Part shown: in pieces, positions 25,800 to 39,270 of the stretch
Layout of the letters: each line of letters begins with the position of its first letter
How positions within the stretch are numbered: position 1 is the first letter of the stretch
Origin: the human T2T-CHM13v2.0 reference genome, Homo sapiens
DNA length: 64,000 bases
NCBI RefSeq assembly: GCF_009914755.1
Contig: NC_060932.1
Reading direction: 5' to 3' (one strand)
Program-made: the position numbers and the translations under genes
Notes under the pieces: model-generated
What the model was told of the DNA's origin: nothing
Seen by the model: only the letters and a program-made list of their open reading frames with translations
Database searches by the model: none

Positions 25800-25959
25800 A
25801 GCTATGCCTCCCTAAAAACCATGCAGCTGGACAGAGCTATGAAAGAGCCCAGGTGACTTCAGAATCCCCACACGCACCCTTTCATCATTCTCATTAGGCC
25901 TTTGGAAACTCCCATTTCAGGGAATTGCCTGTCCCTAAACAGCATTATAAACAGGCAGC

Positions 25960-26090
25960 ATAATAGAATAAAGATAGCACTGAGCTAGGAATCAGGGCAC
26001 CTAGGGTCCAGCCCAGGTTCTGTCATTAGGCACCTGGGTGACGCTGGGCAAGTCACTTCGGCTCCATGATTCTCATCTGTAAAGCAAGCA
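25960..26090 (+). mobile_element. MIR fragment
   Basis: agcactgagctaggaatcag...gtgacgctgggcaagtcactt...tctcatctgtaaa. Confidence 0.7.
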
Positions 26091-26321
26091 GGCAGGCTCA
26101 TGACTATTCCATGGTCTTTAAGTTGCCTTCAAGCATGAAGGCCAATGGCTCAAGCCTATCTGACCATTAATTTGTCCAAAGAGAAAGGGATATATTTACA
26201 TAGTGAGGACAGCTTGTTTTTAAAACTGCCCCTTTTCTCTGAAAGTAATTGTGAAAGTGCAGAGATAAGACCCTTTGGTTCTTGTTTAAAATTCAGGATC
26301 TTGAGTATTTTTCTTAAATAT

Positions 26322-26860
26322 GCTTCCTAGTTATCTGTTACTGCATAACAAGCTATCCCATAATGTAGTGGCTCAAAACAAAATATATTACCTTTCACAA
26401 CTCTGGACTGACTGAGTTCAGTTGCACAGTTCTTGCTTGGGGTCTCTCATGCAGTTACACTCAGGTGGAGCTGGAGCTGAGGTCACTGAAGGCTCAGCTG
26501 GGCTGGACATCTAAGATCCCCTCCCAAAGCCTGTCAGTTGATGCTGGCTGCCAGGCAGCCTCTCAGGTGGGGCACTAAGCAGAGCCCCTTCATGTGACCT
26601 CTCCGTGTGTGTTGGACTTCACCCACTGAGGAGTGGGTTCTGAGAGGAAGTGTCCCCAAGGGTGAGTGTTTACAGAAGAGAAGCAGAAACCACAAAGCTC
26701 CTAGGACCTGGCCTTGGAAAACCCAGAACATCATTTCCACCACATTCTGTTGATCAGGCAAGTCACTAAAGGCAACCCAGATTCAAGGGGAGAGGAATTT
26801 GTTCCACTTTTTCATGGAGAAGTGTCAAGGTCCCATTGCAGAAGAGCATGTCCCCTCTCA
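26322..26860 (-). mobile_element. MLT1 LTR (MLT1H-like)
   Basis: agttatctgttactgcataacaa...ggtctctcatgcagttac...catcatttccaccacattctgttg...cccagattcaagggga. Confidence 0.75.
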
Positions 26861-29672
26861 GTATCAAATTCTCCCTTTGCAAAATAGTGGCTCTAAACCA
26901 GGATCATCTCCCATCCCCTTTTATTCTTCCAAGAAATTACTCCTGCCAGTTCTTCAATCCTCAAGAGAACCCCATTCTCCCTGACTCACTTCTCTGTTCC
27001 CCTACACACCCAATATCACATGTACCCTTTCTCTCTGCCCCTTCTTAACTTGGGCCATCCCCTGGCCATAGCCTCTCCCAATGCCCCCTCATCTTGGAAT
27101 AAGAGCACCAGCACCACCTCTTCCTGCCTGGGGAGGTCAGGTCAGCAAGTGACTGGACGCGAAGGTGTGGTAGGCACCTGTGACGGCCCAGGTGTGCCAG
27201 CAATGTCTGGCAAGGCCACCCTTCTGAATCAAGAGCAGAATCCAGAGAAGGAAAGCATGTATCTTGTGAACATTTATTATATGCCAAGAGTGAGTAAGCA
27301 GGAAGCTTATGGCCACCATTAGTGTACAATGAAGCAATTCCAGAGTTGATAACGTTTCAGCAATTTCGCATCTACAAAACCCTCTGCCCAAGGGAAGCCA
27401 AATCTTGCTGTGTATGTGCATGTGTGTGTTTGTGTGTGTGTGTGCTCAAGTTTCAGAAACTCCAAGTGTCTTTGGAATTTTCATATGGATCTAGGAATTC
27501 CATGGGGTCCTAAGACCTAAGCCATGTATCATGGAGCTCTCTGATCATTGCCTTCCTGGGAGGCCACAAGATATCCAATCTTGTGCACCGGATGAGCTCC
27601 CAGAGTTAGCCCTCTGGCCAAGCCCTGGGAGTGATCTGATTACATCTCAAATGTCTCAAAAGTGTCCTAATAAGAACTGAACCGCCCTGCTAGTTTCAGT
27701 AGAAAGGATCCCTGTTCCCATCACCATTCCTTTGTAAAGAGGCCAGCCCCAGAGAACACTTTCATTATCTAATCATCTTAACTTGCATAATTATTTCCCT
27801 AAAAGTACAATTAGCAGATACACATCTGGGATTTAAATATATAGATAGCACAGGCTAATAAAAATAATTGTATCACATAAGGGAAAAGAAGCTGAAAAAA
27901 AAGAAGAGAGACAGTAAAAGATTTAGGAAAAGACACAGGCAGAAGTGAAACAAACAGAGCAGTCATGAGGAAAAGCGTGGGGAATTAACGGGAAGGAGAA
28001 AGGCAAAGGAGAGAGAGATGCTTAGAAGATAAGCGGTAAAACCCCATGAAAAAGCATTACTGACCTTCCATCCTAGCAGCAGGTGGGGCCAGAGCCCCAT
28101 GTGCTGGTCAGAGAACCCCATAGAAAGAATCCCAGCCAGTATCTCCAACTCAGGACACTGCTCCTGCCCCATCTTCCTCTGCCTCCCCAGTGCCTTATCC
28201 TCAGTGCCTCCCTCACTGCCTCATCTCTCCAGGACGACAGCTTGTCTGATGATGAAAATGCTGCCTCCTAGGCCCCACCCTTAGTTCCAGAAACCAGAGC
28301 TTTTAGAGAAGTAACCTTTCCTACCCCGGTACCCTGGTGGGGCTTCTGGACACTGCACTGCAGGCTGAGCCCCATGTCCTGGGATCCCACGTGTCTGGGA
28401 ATGGGCATCAGGCAGCCAATTGCACTCACTCCTCCTTCTTACGGCCCTAGAGGACATGAGCATGCAATTCAGAACGTCCTCGGAGGACCAGAAGACCCAT
28501 GGCAGTGATGAAGTTTCTCACTTCCTACAGTCACAGAGGAGACGTGGTGAGGACTAAGCCCAGGGTCTGAGAGTAAGGGCTGCAGAGCTGTGGAGTCAGT
28601 TAACTCTCATCCCTACCAGACCTCTGATGACAAGGTAAGGGCACTGGCAAAAAAGCAGTGGCACTCAGAAATCAGATGGGGAGATTTAACTGACAGAGCA
28701 GACAAATTCCATCTGCCAAATTCCCCTAAACCTTCCTAGCTCTCCAGGGTGGGGTGTTAACAGCTCCATGCAGGTGGCCCCAGGGCCATGCACCATCCAT
28801 CACATGCTGCCCACACTGTTGTCATCAGTCCCTTCGTAAATTAAGCATCTTAAAATTATCCCAGGGTGAGTATGCCAGCTGTTTTCTATGGGTGCCCTAA
28901 CTGATACAGGTGTTAATAAATGTTAAGAGGGGAATGGAGTTCTATGGCCTAATACATTTGGAAAAGTCATGGCTAACGAGGTTTTCCAACTGCAGAGTTT
29001 AGTCAAATACCAAAAGTACTGATGCTTTTTATTCCTGTTTCAGTAGGAGACTGAAAATAATTGGAAACCCTAATCCAAAACTAAGAAGTTAGATGTTAGC
29101 TAATCTTCATCTCAGTCTGGTTCCCAGTGCCTGACAGTAGAGTTAAGAGTATTTTATGTTTCTGAGGAAAAACAACAACAGAAGCTGATACCAAACACAT
29201 GAAAGGCAACCCCCAAATGAGATTTAGTTCAAGAGATGGAGACCAACTAAAGTGTAAGGGTAGAATTTCCCAGGCCCTTGGGTGATGTATGGGGATAGAC
29301 AGAGATGGGCATCCTGGAGCAGTAGGACTTGAGCCCCAATCCCTACAGTTCCATAGGGTGGCCTGAGTTCCAATGGAAGCTCCAGTATCCTGATGCCCAA
29401 GGGAAACATACATGGAGTCAGTGGCTTGAGAACCTTGGCCAAGATCCCTGTGCCCAATGTTGGCATGGAAACAGCAGAGCCATCCACTGTGCAGGGCTCT
29501 CATCAGTGACTATAAGGGACTTGTGGCCAGAGAATCATCCCCAAACTTCCTATGGCTGTCATCTCCCCAGAGACCCTGTGAAATCCCAGACAAAGGGGAA
29601 ACATAAGTCTGATTGATCTGTTGCCAGTCAGAGGGAAGCAGAGGTCATCCCTAGATGCCTGGCTATGACCCC

Positions 29673-29750
29673 TGCATTCCACCATGGTGCAGATGCTTTC
29701 CATCACAGTGCAGGTGCATTCCATCATGTTGCAGGTGCATTCCATCATGG
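29673..29750. repeat. 21-bp minisatellite, about 3.7 copies
   Basis: Unit tgcaggtgcattccatcatg(t/g) starting at 29688, 29709 and 29730, plus a partial copy at 29673. Confidence 0.9.
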
Positions 29751-30299
29751 TTCATGGGCTCTTTTCAGTAGGGCTTCCAATCTGCTTGTTGATTTAATGG
29801 CTTAATTCCAAGTGGTTGGAAAATAGCCCTAATGCAAGGATAACGGGCAGAAAACTTTAGGGGCGGTGTTCCTTCCTATATTAGCCAGTCACAGCTCTCA
29901 CTGTGCAGTCCAAATGGCACAGCCAATTTGTCCAAAACTGATAAATTAGGTGCAAAACCAACCAAGTGTTCCAATCACTCCTCATCAACTAATATCTAGA
30001 ACGAAGAGCAGTTCTTACCTACCCACCTTATGGAAATCTATTTTCTGGCCTCCTTCCCTCTCTCCCAGAGGGATCCTCTGTTCCTTGTGCCCCAGGATCA
30101 GCATTGGACTTGATAGTTCCATGTGTCAGACCTGGAATTACTAATTAAGTCAACAGGTCTTCATGGAATGCCTGCCACATTAGGCAACAATGGGCATACA
30201 ACAGATTGCATAGCATTTTTTTTGTACCAAAATGTATACTAGGTTTTCTGATTAAAATGCTAAATTGAGCGTGCAAAACCCTCTAATGTGATGAAATAA

Positions 30300-31088
30300 A
30301 TGATAAAAGCCAGCAGGGAAACAGAGAATGAGACAGGAGTCAGTAGCAGATAAGATATTTCAATCCACTTTTTCAAGGTGGGGTGGGAAAAGAGGAGCAG
30401 CAACTGTCCTTGCAGAGTTGAGAAAGCTGTGCTCTGAGAGCCTCAGAGGGTGCCTGTGAGGCAGGAGCCAATTCACCCAGCAAAGCCCGCAGAAAGCTTG
30501 GCGATGGGAGGCACTGGGTACCTCAGAGACAGTGGAGGGGCTGAGCTGAGAAGGAGATGTTGGTTGAAGTCAGTGTGCAGAACAATTAGACCCCCAGGTC
30601 TCCTCCAACCCTGAAAAGCCACCTCTCTATTTATCCTGCCCAGATGGTGGAGCAGAGGCTGATCCTGTAGTTCTATTGAACTGGAAAAGCTACAGGTACA
30701 AGTGCAGGAACACCTGAAAAAGCAGAAGACAGAGTCGAGTCTCACAGTTAGAAACAGACATGAAATTCTCTATCTTGAATAGTGAGAAACACACTCTCTA
30801 ACTCTGTTTTTCCACCCAGGTCCAAGAATCAAAAAAGGTAGGTATACAAATAACAATAGAGATGAGATAAAAGAAGGAAAGAGAGAGAAAGAGACAGACA
30901 GAGAGAGACAGAGAGAGAGAGAGAAGAGAGAGAGAGATCCTGGTAAGCAGCTGACTTTTTTGAAGAAAGAATTCTCCTGTCTCCTCACACCAAAAAATAA
31001 AAAGATCTATATCCTGCTTGGTGCTTGATCACCCTACAGGAAAGCCAATAATAAGTCCTCCTCCCCTAATATGAATCATACACACACA

Positions 31089-31140
<52 letters not shown>

Positions 31141-32150
31141 TAGTTTCCAGTGATTTTTTGGTGATATAGATGACAATCATGGAATATGGAAAACAACAAC
31201 GAAAATTAATAGAACAAAAAACTAAAGAAAACAATGCAGAGAGCAGATTAAATTTTCCAAAAAACTTTAATTAATATCACTTAACGTAGAAGAGAAAATA
31301 TTGCAGCCATTGAACAAAAAAAGGATGTAATTTTTAAAAAGAACAAAGAACAGAAAACACTCTTGGAAGATAAAAGTGTGATTGCTAAATTCAAAAATTT
31401 AATAGGATAATTGAAAGACAAAGTCAAAGAGATCACCCATAATGAAGGAAATAAGAGACAAAGATGAAAAGTAGAAAATAAATTTAGAGGACAATCCAAG
31501 AAGTTCAACAATTATCTAGTGGACATTGCAGAAACAGAGAACAGACAAAAATAGAAGAAAATCATCTAATATGTGCTACAGAAACATTTTCCAATGAACT
31601 GACATGAGTCCCCTGTTTGAAATGATTCTGATTGCCCAACATATTAAATAAAGACTTCTCATCAAGGTTCCTCATCATGAAATTTTAGAAAAACAGGGCT
31701 AAAGATAATATCTTAAATTCTTGCAGAAAAGAAAAACATAACATCAAAAGATGTGAATTAAGAATGACAACTGACTTTTCAATAACCACAGGAGAAGTCA
31801 GAAGACAAAATTCTGAGGGAAATGTATTTTCCATCTAGAATTGATTTTCCAAATAAACCACAAATTCAGTATAAGGATAGACTAAAGACATTTTTAGACC
31901 TCTAAGGTACATTCAGCATTTCAGGAAGCCCCTAGATATGTGGCAGAAGATGTGGAGAAGAAATCCAAAAAAGAGGAAAACATGGATCCCAGGAAGCAGG
32001 GCTCCAGACAGGAGAATGGAAAAGCTAAGTCCTCAGATGATAGAAAAGGAGAGTCCCAGATGGTGGCTTTGCAGCGGGCCCAGAGAGCAGTTCCAGATGG
32101 AACTGGTTCTATGGAACATCATAGAACCATAGCAATTGGAGGTCTAGTGT
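30300..32150 (+). mobile_element. Ancient L1 ORF1-like remnant (HAL1/L1M-type) with (GA)n and (CA)n(GA)n inserts
   Basis: A-rich; catcatgaaattttagaa...gaatgacaactgacttttcaa...aaattctgagggaaa...cctagaatt-like...aaagacattttt resemble the L1 ORF1 3' half; boundaries uncertain. Confidence 0.55.
31080..31140. repeat. (CA)n(GA)n microsatellite
   Basis: Read directly. Confidence 0.95.
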
Positions 32151-34023
32151 GATTTTCCAGTCTCCTGTGGATGCACCGCATTGTCATGAGTCTTTATGTG
32201 TGTGTGTTCCTCTCCTATTCACAGCCTTCCCTGATCTCCTTCAACTCTAACCTATTCCCTTCCTCTTCCCCTTCCCCTCACCATCGTCCTTCATAGGGTA
32301 GGCAGTGTCTAACTTCAGATCTTTCTGGTTCAAAGCCAACCCCTTCACCTCTGCTCTTGATCATCCTTTCCCATCTCAATCACTTGCACCCATTCACTTT
32401 GCATTATATAGGCATCTCTTTCCCCATTTGCTCCTTCCTTTCAAGTCTAAAAATCTATGTCACTTGAAATTATCACCTTATCTTTCCCTTTCTCTTCTAT
32501 TCTGAACTTCTTGGGGGTGGGGGGAAAGGTCTGCACTCAGTGTCCCCACTTTCTTATCTCCTAGTCACTCTTTAACGTAAACTTGCTGTAATGTGTTTCT
32601 GCCCACATCTAGCCAGGGACATTATTCTTGCCAAGGACACCTCCCAACTGAAACGAATGCTTCTCAGCTTTCATCTGACTTTATTCTTTGGCGCATGTGG
32701 TTCCTGTGACTGAAAATTCTTTCCTTTCTCTCTCTCTCTGTGGGCACATCCTTTTTTGCTTCTTTCTCCTTCCTTTTGGACAATCCATCCACTCATCCAG
32801 AACACACTCATTGAGCACCTACTCTGTGCAAGGCTGGGCACAGAGCTCACAGGCTGGTGGAGGAAACAGCCATGGAAACCAGCACATTCTGTAAAGTGTT
32901 ACAGATGCAGCGATGGAGGTCACAGGGGATCCAGGGGAGCACAGAGGAGACAATTGCTCCCACTTAGGGGAGAGCTTCGGAGGTTGCTGAAGGATGACTG
33001 AGCACCCTCTGGAAAGACAAGGAGAGCTGTGCAGACCTGGAGGGACTGCAGAGGAAGCAAATGTTGGTAGTCCCACATGGCCTGGGACCCCAGCCCCTGG
33101 GAGATGTGTGGAGTGGCTGGACGACAAGGGTGAGAGGTCTTCTCAATCACCTGGTCCTCGTCCTCCACTAGCTCCCTGAAGACGCTGTCCCATCATGGTC
33201 CCCCTTGTCCCTCTTTTCTTCCCCGCTCACAATCCACTCCCTGGGGGTCTCTCATTCACCGCTGTCTAGATGCATGAAATTAAACCCATTCTCCTCCTGT
33301 GCTCTCTGTTATGGTTAATGGTGTCATATCTCTCAGCGACCACAGACACTTAGGAGTCATCTGGACTCCCCCGTCCTTCCCCCCACACCTTGCCCCAGCA
33401 ATATCCAAGCCCCATCAATCCCCACATCCCTCTCACATCTGCCCTGTGAGGGCTGTGGCCAGGCTCTCAGCATCTCCAAGGTGAACTATTATGAAAGCCT
33501 CTTAACTGCCTCAAACCTCATCCTCCCTCTCCATGCAAGCCACCAGGGGATCTTTCTAAAGCTCAAATAGGATAAAACTCTCTCCTTCACTTCCTCTCAC
33601 CACAGCAGGCCACCTCACGCTTTCCCAAGGGAGCTCCCCTAACCTAGCAGAGCTGGGGGCCACACTCCCTCTGAGGGCACCAGACTGGAGCCCAGTCTGA
33701 AAGTTCTGCCAGGATCCACTCAGGCTGGTTCCAGTGTTATGATAATTCTTTAAACTACCTATCTACAGAATCACTCAACCTCCTCCCCAAAGATGTTTAA
33801 GTATAATTGATACCCCAGGAAGATTGCTCTGCATTTATTTCTCCTGGAGCTTTGCATTCTGTTTGGCACAGCACCTCATGCCACCATATCTACCCATTTC
33901 CCCCACTGAGGAGCAGGGGAATGGCAGCTTCTCAGACCAGCACACAGGCCCTTCCAGTCTGGACCATGCCTGGCCTCCCCTACCACCTCTCACCATTACC
34001 ACCTCTCACCTCTCCCCACCTTG

Positions 34024-34123
34024 GACTCTGTTCCAGCAATACACTTCTGTACCTCAGACTCTGTTCCAGCAATACACTTCTGTACCTCAGACTCTGTTCC
34101 AGCAATACACTTCTGTATCCTCA
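34024..34123. repeat. 33-bp tandem repeat, 3 copies
   Basis: gactctgttccagcaatacacttctgtacctca at 34024, 34057 and 34090 (third copy has one extra t). Confidence 0.97.
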
Positions 34124-36439
34124 CACTCTAGAACTGGGCCTACATAGAAAAAAAATTTCAGTAATTATCCTCCGGTTTGGAAATTGTCTTCAACCAGAGG
34201 GCCCCTCTCGCTTTAAAACTTCAGGGCTCCCAGCCTGCACTGGACTTCTAGAAAACTCACCAAATTGTATTGTTACTTTTATTAAAGTAATAAATTTCTC
34301 ACTTTTTATAAAGTGTACATGTTCTTGTTTTCTTACAATAGTAATACAAGAAAAAAACAAAAAATGCAACAACCCTCAACCCTCAAACTCTCATTGCTGC
34401 CAGAATAAGCCAAAGTTAACACTTGAACATCGTTTCAGACCTACTTCTATTCTCAAAGCTTTGTGATTTTCCATGTGTCCATCTGTGGCACAAAGCAGTG
34501 AGCTCCTTAGGGGCCCGGTCTTACATGCCCAGCACCCACAGAATGCCTGATGTGTGCACTGAGGGGTGGGGACTCCCTAGAAGTTATGTCTCCAGCAGCA
34601 GGAGACCCCCCCCACAACCGTGCATGAGCCTCCCCTCCTTCATTGACCATCGGCTTTGAGCCCAAAGCCCTGGGCTCTTCCAGTCCCCCAGCTCCACCTC
34701 CCCACTGCATCACCCACCCTCCCCACCTATTCCTAAGTTCCGCTCTGGGGTACAGATTTGGCAGATGAGACTCTGGTGACCCTTCTAATTACAGGGGAAT
34801 TGACAAGATTCGGTGAAGAAGTGTATATTTTTAGCCATGGTGAAGAGAAAGGAGATCAAGAGAGAATATGGTCTGTCGGAACTTTCCTCAGCTCCTGCTC
34901 CTGAGCTCAGCAGGCTCCCAGGGTCTTGAACTTGAAAAGTTTTGGAAAGCAAGCAAGCAAGAAAGAAAAAGCTCTGGGGAGGGAGGGGAGGAAAATGGTT
35001 AACATTGATGTGAGAATATCTGTTTTGGAGAAATTTGCAAAACAGTGAAATGTGTTTACTGTTCAATGTGGGAGCACTAACAAGAAATAGATACAGAGGC
35101 AACGTGACGCTAACTGCCTTTGACACTGGTGATGGCCCTTTGGTTGGAACAAATTCACCCAGTGCTGAAATGGATTATTTCACACATCTGTTGTCTTGAG
35201 AGCCACCCTTTGCAAATATTCTAATGCCCAAGTTGGCTCATCTGTCCACTTACTGATTTATTTGAAGGCAGATTGGTGCGGAGAAGTGTCAGGCAGGAAG
35301 AACCCTGCAAGGATCCAGGGGCTGGAGGCTGGGGAGGATGAGGTCAGCTGATGGGAATCACACCCAGCTCCAGGACCTTGGATCAGGTGGAGCATCGTGC
35401 TCTAGGGCCATCTTGGAGCAACGATTCCCAAGAATCATTCTGACCTGCCAGTCAGAACAATGCCATTCATTTAATCTGCCCTGCCATTGCTATTCATTTA
35501 ATTTTCACAGCATACAAAGGGGAGGGAACTCTTATCCCAATTTTACAGATAAAGAACAGAGGCACACAGATATAACGTTGCCCAACATCAGTGACACTGT
35601 TTGGTGGCAGAGTTGGCATGTTGGCTGAAGTCCTGTGTCCCCCACTGCCTGACCCTTTCATATGTCCTAATCCTTGAGAAAGGAAATCAAAGCCCTTCTC
35701 TCCAGTCAACAAAGCCACACTTTGTCAATACAGCTCATGAAGGCCACCCACACTCGCCATCTCTCTCTCCACCTGGGCCTGGCCTGCAGTACTCCCCCAC
35801 AGGCAAGCTGGGCCCTGGGCCCAGTTTTCATACAGACACAGGGTTTCAATTTAAGGGGTTGGGAGACTAGGCTAATACTGCCTATGATATTTAGAATAAT
35901 AGTGTCTAATTACATCTTTCTAGTGACTGATTTTTTTAATGCTTCAAATATATTTTTGAAAATAGGCAGCATTGATATAGTTCATGAATGACAATCAGGT
36001 ACCCACATCCATGACAACTCGCAATGACTGGTTAACAGCTTCCTGGGATGGGCTCTGAGTTGAGAAGGGTTCTGAATTCCAGGTTCTGTGGGAAAGAGTC
36101 CTGGAGTAAATGCATACCATTTTCTATGAGCGTGAAATGATTAAGGGATGGCTTAAGGGCTGCATACAATAGAGTCACATTATAAACACATTTAACTCAG
36201 ATGCATGCAATCATTCAGATTCTACAAAAAGGCAGAGAGAAAGAGCAAATTTTTTAAGTGTGAGTGATTCTACCCATCCTTACATTCAGTTATCACATCC
36301 CTTTGAGTGAGGAAAGAATGGGCTGTCAACCTCCTTACACATCTCCTGGCATGAGCATCTTACTACACTAAATGGGATTCTGGTGTTTGAAAGAAATAGC
36401 AAGCATTTTTCTAAAACACACCTGATAAAACAAAATTCT

Positions 36440-36850
36440 CATAAAAGAAATCAAAAACTAAATGAAGAGATGTTCCATGTTCATGGATAGGAAGACTTTA
36501 TTGTCAAAAAATCAATTCTTTCCAACTTGATCTCTAGATTCGATGCCGTCTCAATCAGAATCCCATCAACTTGCTTTGTGGATATTGACAAACTGATTCT
36601 AAAGTTTATATGGAGAGGTAGAAGACCCAAAATGGCCAATGCGAAATTGGAGAAGAACAAAGTCAAAGGACTGAAACTACCTGACCTCAAGACTTACTAT
36701 AAGGCTACATTAGTCAAGACGATGGGCAAATTGATCAATGGAACAGAGGGGAGAATGTAGAAATAGACCTACACAAATTTAGTCATCAGATCTTTAACAA
36801 AGGAGCAATGGCAACACAATGGAGAAAAGATAGTCTTTGCAAAGGAGTGC
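36440..36850 (+). mobile_element. Old L1 (L1M) ORF2 fragment
   Basis: Peptide ISRFDAVSIRIP...LILKFIWRGRRPKMANAKLEKNKVKGLKLPDLKTYYKAT is homologous to L1 ORF2p. Confidence 0.9.
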
Positions 36851-37309
36851 AAATTAAAATAATAGGATACTACTTACTACCTATTACATTGGAGATTATT
36901 TTTAATATGGAAGTTAGGACAACATGCCTTGATGACAATTTTATAAAACATACCACAACTTTTAAAATATCCATCAATTCCACTTTAATTATTGGTGATT
37001 TGCACAATGTAAAATAACAAGAGGTGAATAAAATTAAACTAATAGATATGTTCACTGCAGCAATAATAACAATAATAGGAAATTCTAAAACAACCACAAT
37101 ATCCAATAATGAAAAGACAATTCAATTTAGTACAATGTATACGGTCATTGAAAATGATGTTATAAGTATTTAATAATCTGAGAAAGTATTTATAATCTGG
37201 ACAAAGCTATATTGCATTGTTGCTTTTGTGTAAATCCTGTAGGATTTTCTACAAAGACAGTTACATTAACTGAGAAAAAAAGTTCATATATGGTATTAAA
37301 ATCATAAAA

Positions 37310-39270
37310 AAGCACACTTTTATGCTCTCCTCCCAATATTTGTTCATAGTTTATTTCTACATATTTGAGAAACTACACAGTACATTGTTATTACTTTTGC
37401 ATTAAACAATAAATTACATTTAAAGATATTTAAATAATAAGAAAACCTACTTTTATGCTTATCACTGTAATTACCAGTTCTACTACTGTTTATTTCTTTC
37501 TGTAGATCCAGATATTGAACTGGTATCATTTGTCTTCTGCCCAAAGGATTTCCTTTAACATTTCTTGTAGTGCAGATCTGCTGATAATTAATTCCTCCAG
37601 CTGTTGTATGTCTGAAGAAGTCTTTATATTCCTTGTATTTTTGACAAATATTTTCACTTGATTTAGAATCCTAAATATGAAAGATTTTTCCCATGTACTG
37701 TAAAATAGTATTTCACTGGCTTCTGGCTTAAGTTGTCTCCAACAAGAAGTCTGCTGTCATCCTCATCTTTATTCCTCAGTATGTAATGTGTCTTTTTTGC
37801 CCTTGCCTGCTTTAAGGATTGTCTCTTTACCACTGGTTTTAATGAATTTGATTATGATGTGCTTTGCTGTAGCTTTCTTCATATTTCTGATGCTAGGATT
37901 TCATTGAGCTTCTTGGATCTATGGGTTTATAGTTTTCATCAAATTTGGGGATTTTTTGGCTATCATTGCTTCAATTTTGTTTGTCTTTTCCCTCCCACTC
38001 CTATTTTCCTTTATGGACTACAATTACATGTATATTAGACAGCTTAAAATTGTCCCACAGCTCACTGAAATGAAACTTTTTTTTCAGTTTTTTTCTCGTG
38101 TGTTTCATTTTGATATCTTCAGGTTCATAAATTTTTTATTCTGTAATGCCCATTCTGTTATTTGTATCTGGGGTGCTGTTCATATTAGACATTATAGTCT
38201 TTATCTCTAGAACTTCAATTTGGAACTCTTTTTATCTTGCATGTCTCTAATGAACATTCTGAAATTTTCTTCTACCTTGTTGAATACATAGATAAAATAT
38301 GCTAAGTGTATTAATGTCTCTATCTATTAATGCTAACACCTGTGTTGTTCAGGAGTCAATTTAGATAGATTGATATTTCTTATTATTGTAGCTTCTATTT
38401 TCCTGCTTCTTTGCATGCCTAGTAAGTCTGTATTGGGTATTAATCATTGTGAACTTTTCATGGTTGGGTGTATATTTTCACATTCCAATAAATACTATTG
38501 AGTCATTTTCTAAAATGAAGGTATGTTAAATAAAAATAGTTTGAATCTTCTAAGTATTGCCGTCAACTTTTATTAGGCAGTACCAGACCAATTTTTAGTA
38601 TAGGTATAATTTTTTCCCATGAATGAATTAAAGGTCTTCTGAATATACTACCTTATGCTCAATGAATTGGGTAGAATAGTTTGTGGGGGGTGTGTGTGTG
38701 TGTGTGAGTGTGTGTGTGTGTGTGTGTGTATGTGGTGGTGTTGTTTATTTTTTACTGTTTCTGGTGGGAACAAGACTAATTCTGGCCCTGTGTGGGCTTT
38801 GATATTGCCTGTTCTGATCTCTTCGGGTCATTCCTTCTCCAGCTTCAATTGTTTTGTCATTCAGGTGTGCTGACCAGTACTCAGCTGAAGACTTATGAGT
38901 GACCTACTGAAATCCACAGAGCTTTCTCTTTCCCTCACTCCTCCCCAACTTTGAAGCACACCATCCATATGTTTGCATACATGCAAGTTCATTCTCCCAC
39001 TCTCCCCACAGCCCCACCCCGCCACACACACACTCTTTTCTCTCTGGAAATTGCCCCGGCCCAGCTTCCTTGATATCCCCCAGATCCCAGCTTCAAATTC
39101 TCAACTCAGGGAAAACCCTGGGTTCCATGTGGTTTTCTTCTCTCTCTGCTACGGCCTGAAATCTCTCTTCAGGTGGTAACCTGGGGAAACAATCGATATT
39201 ATGTCATCTGTTTCCCATCTCTCAAGGTTTGCTGTTGCCTGATCTTATGTCCAGTCTTGAAAACTGTGGT
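37310..39270 (-). mobile_element. Old L1M 5'/ORF1 region, antisense, with (TG)n at ~38690-38730
   Basis: tttcctttaacatttcttgtagtgcagatctgctg...gaagtctgctgtcat...ttcattgagcttcttggatct. Confidence 0.75.

Noticed and set aside
33807-34466. 219-aa ORF with repeated LCSSNTLLY
   Set aside because: Non-ATG start, no recognisable homology; the repeat is the 33-bp VNTR, which preserves frame.
36527-36760. ORF with similarity to L1 ORF2p
   Set aside because: Short decayed L1M fragment; listed as a mobile element rather than a CDS.
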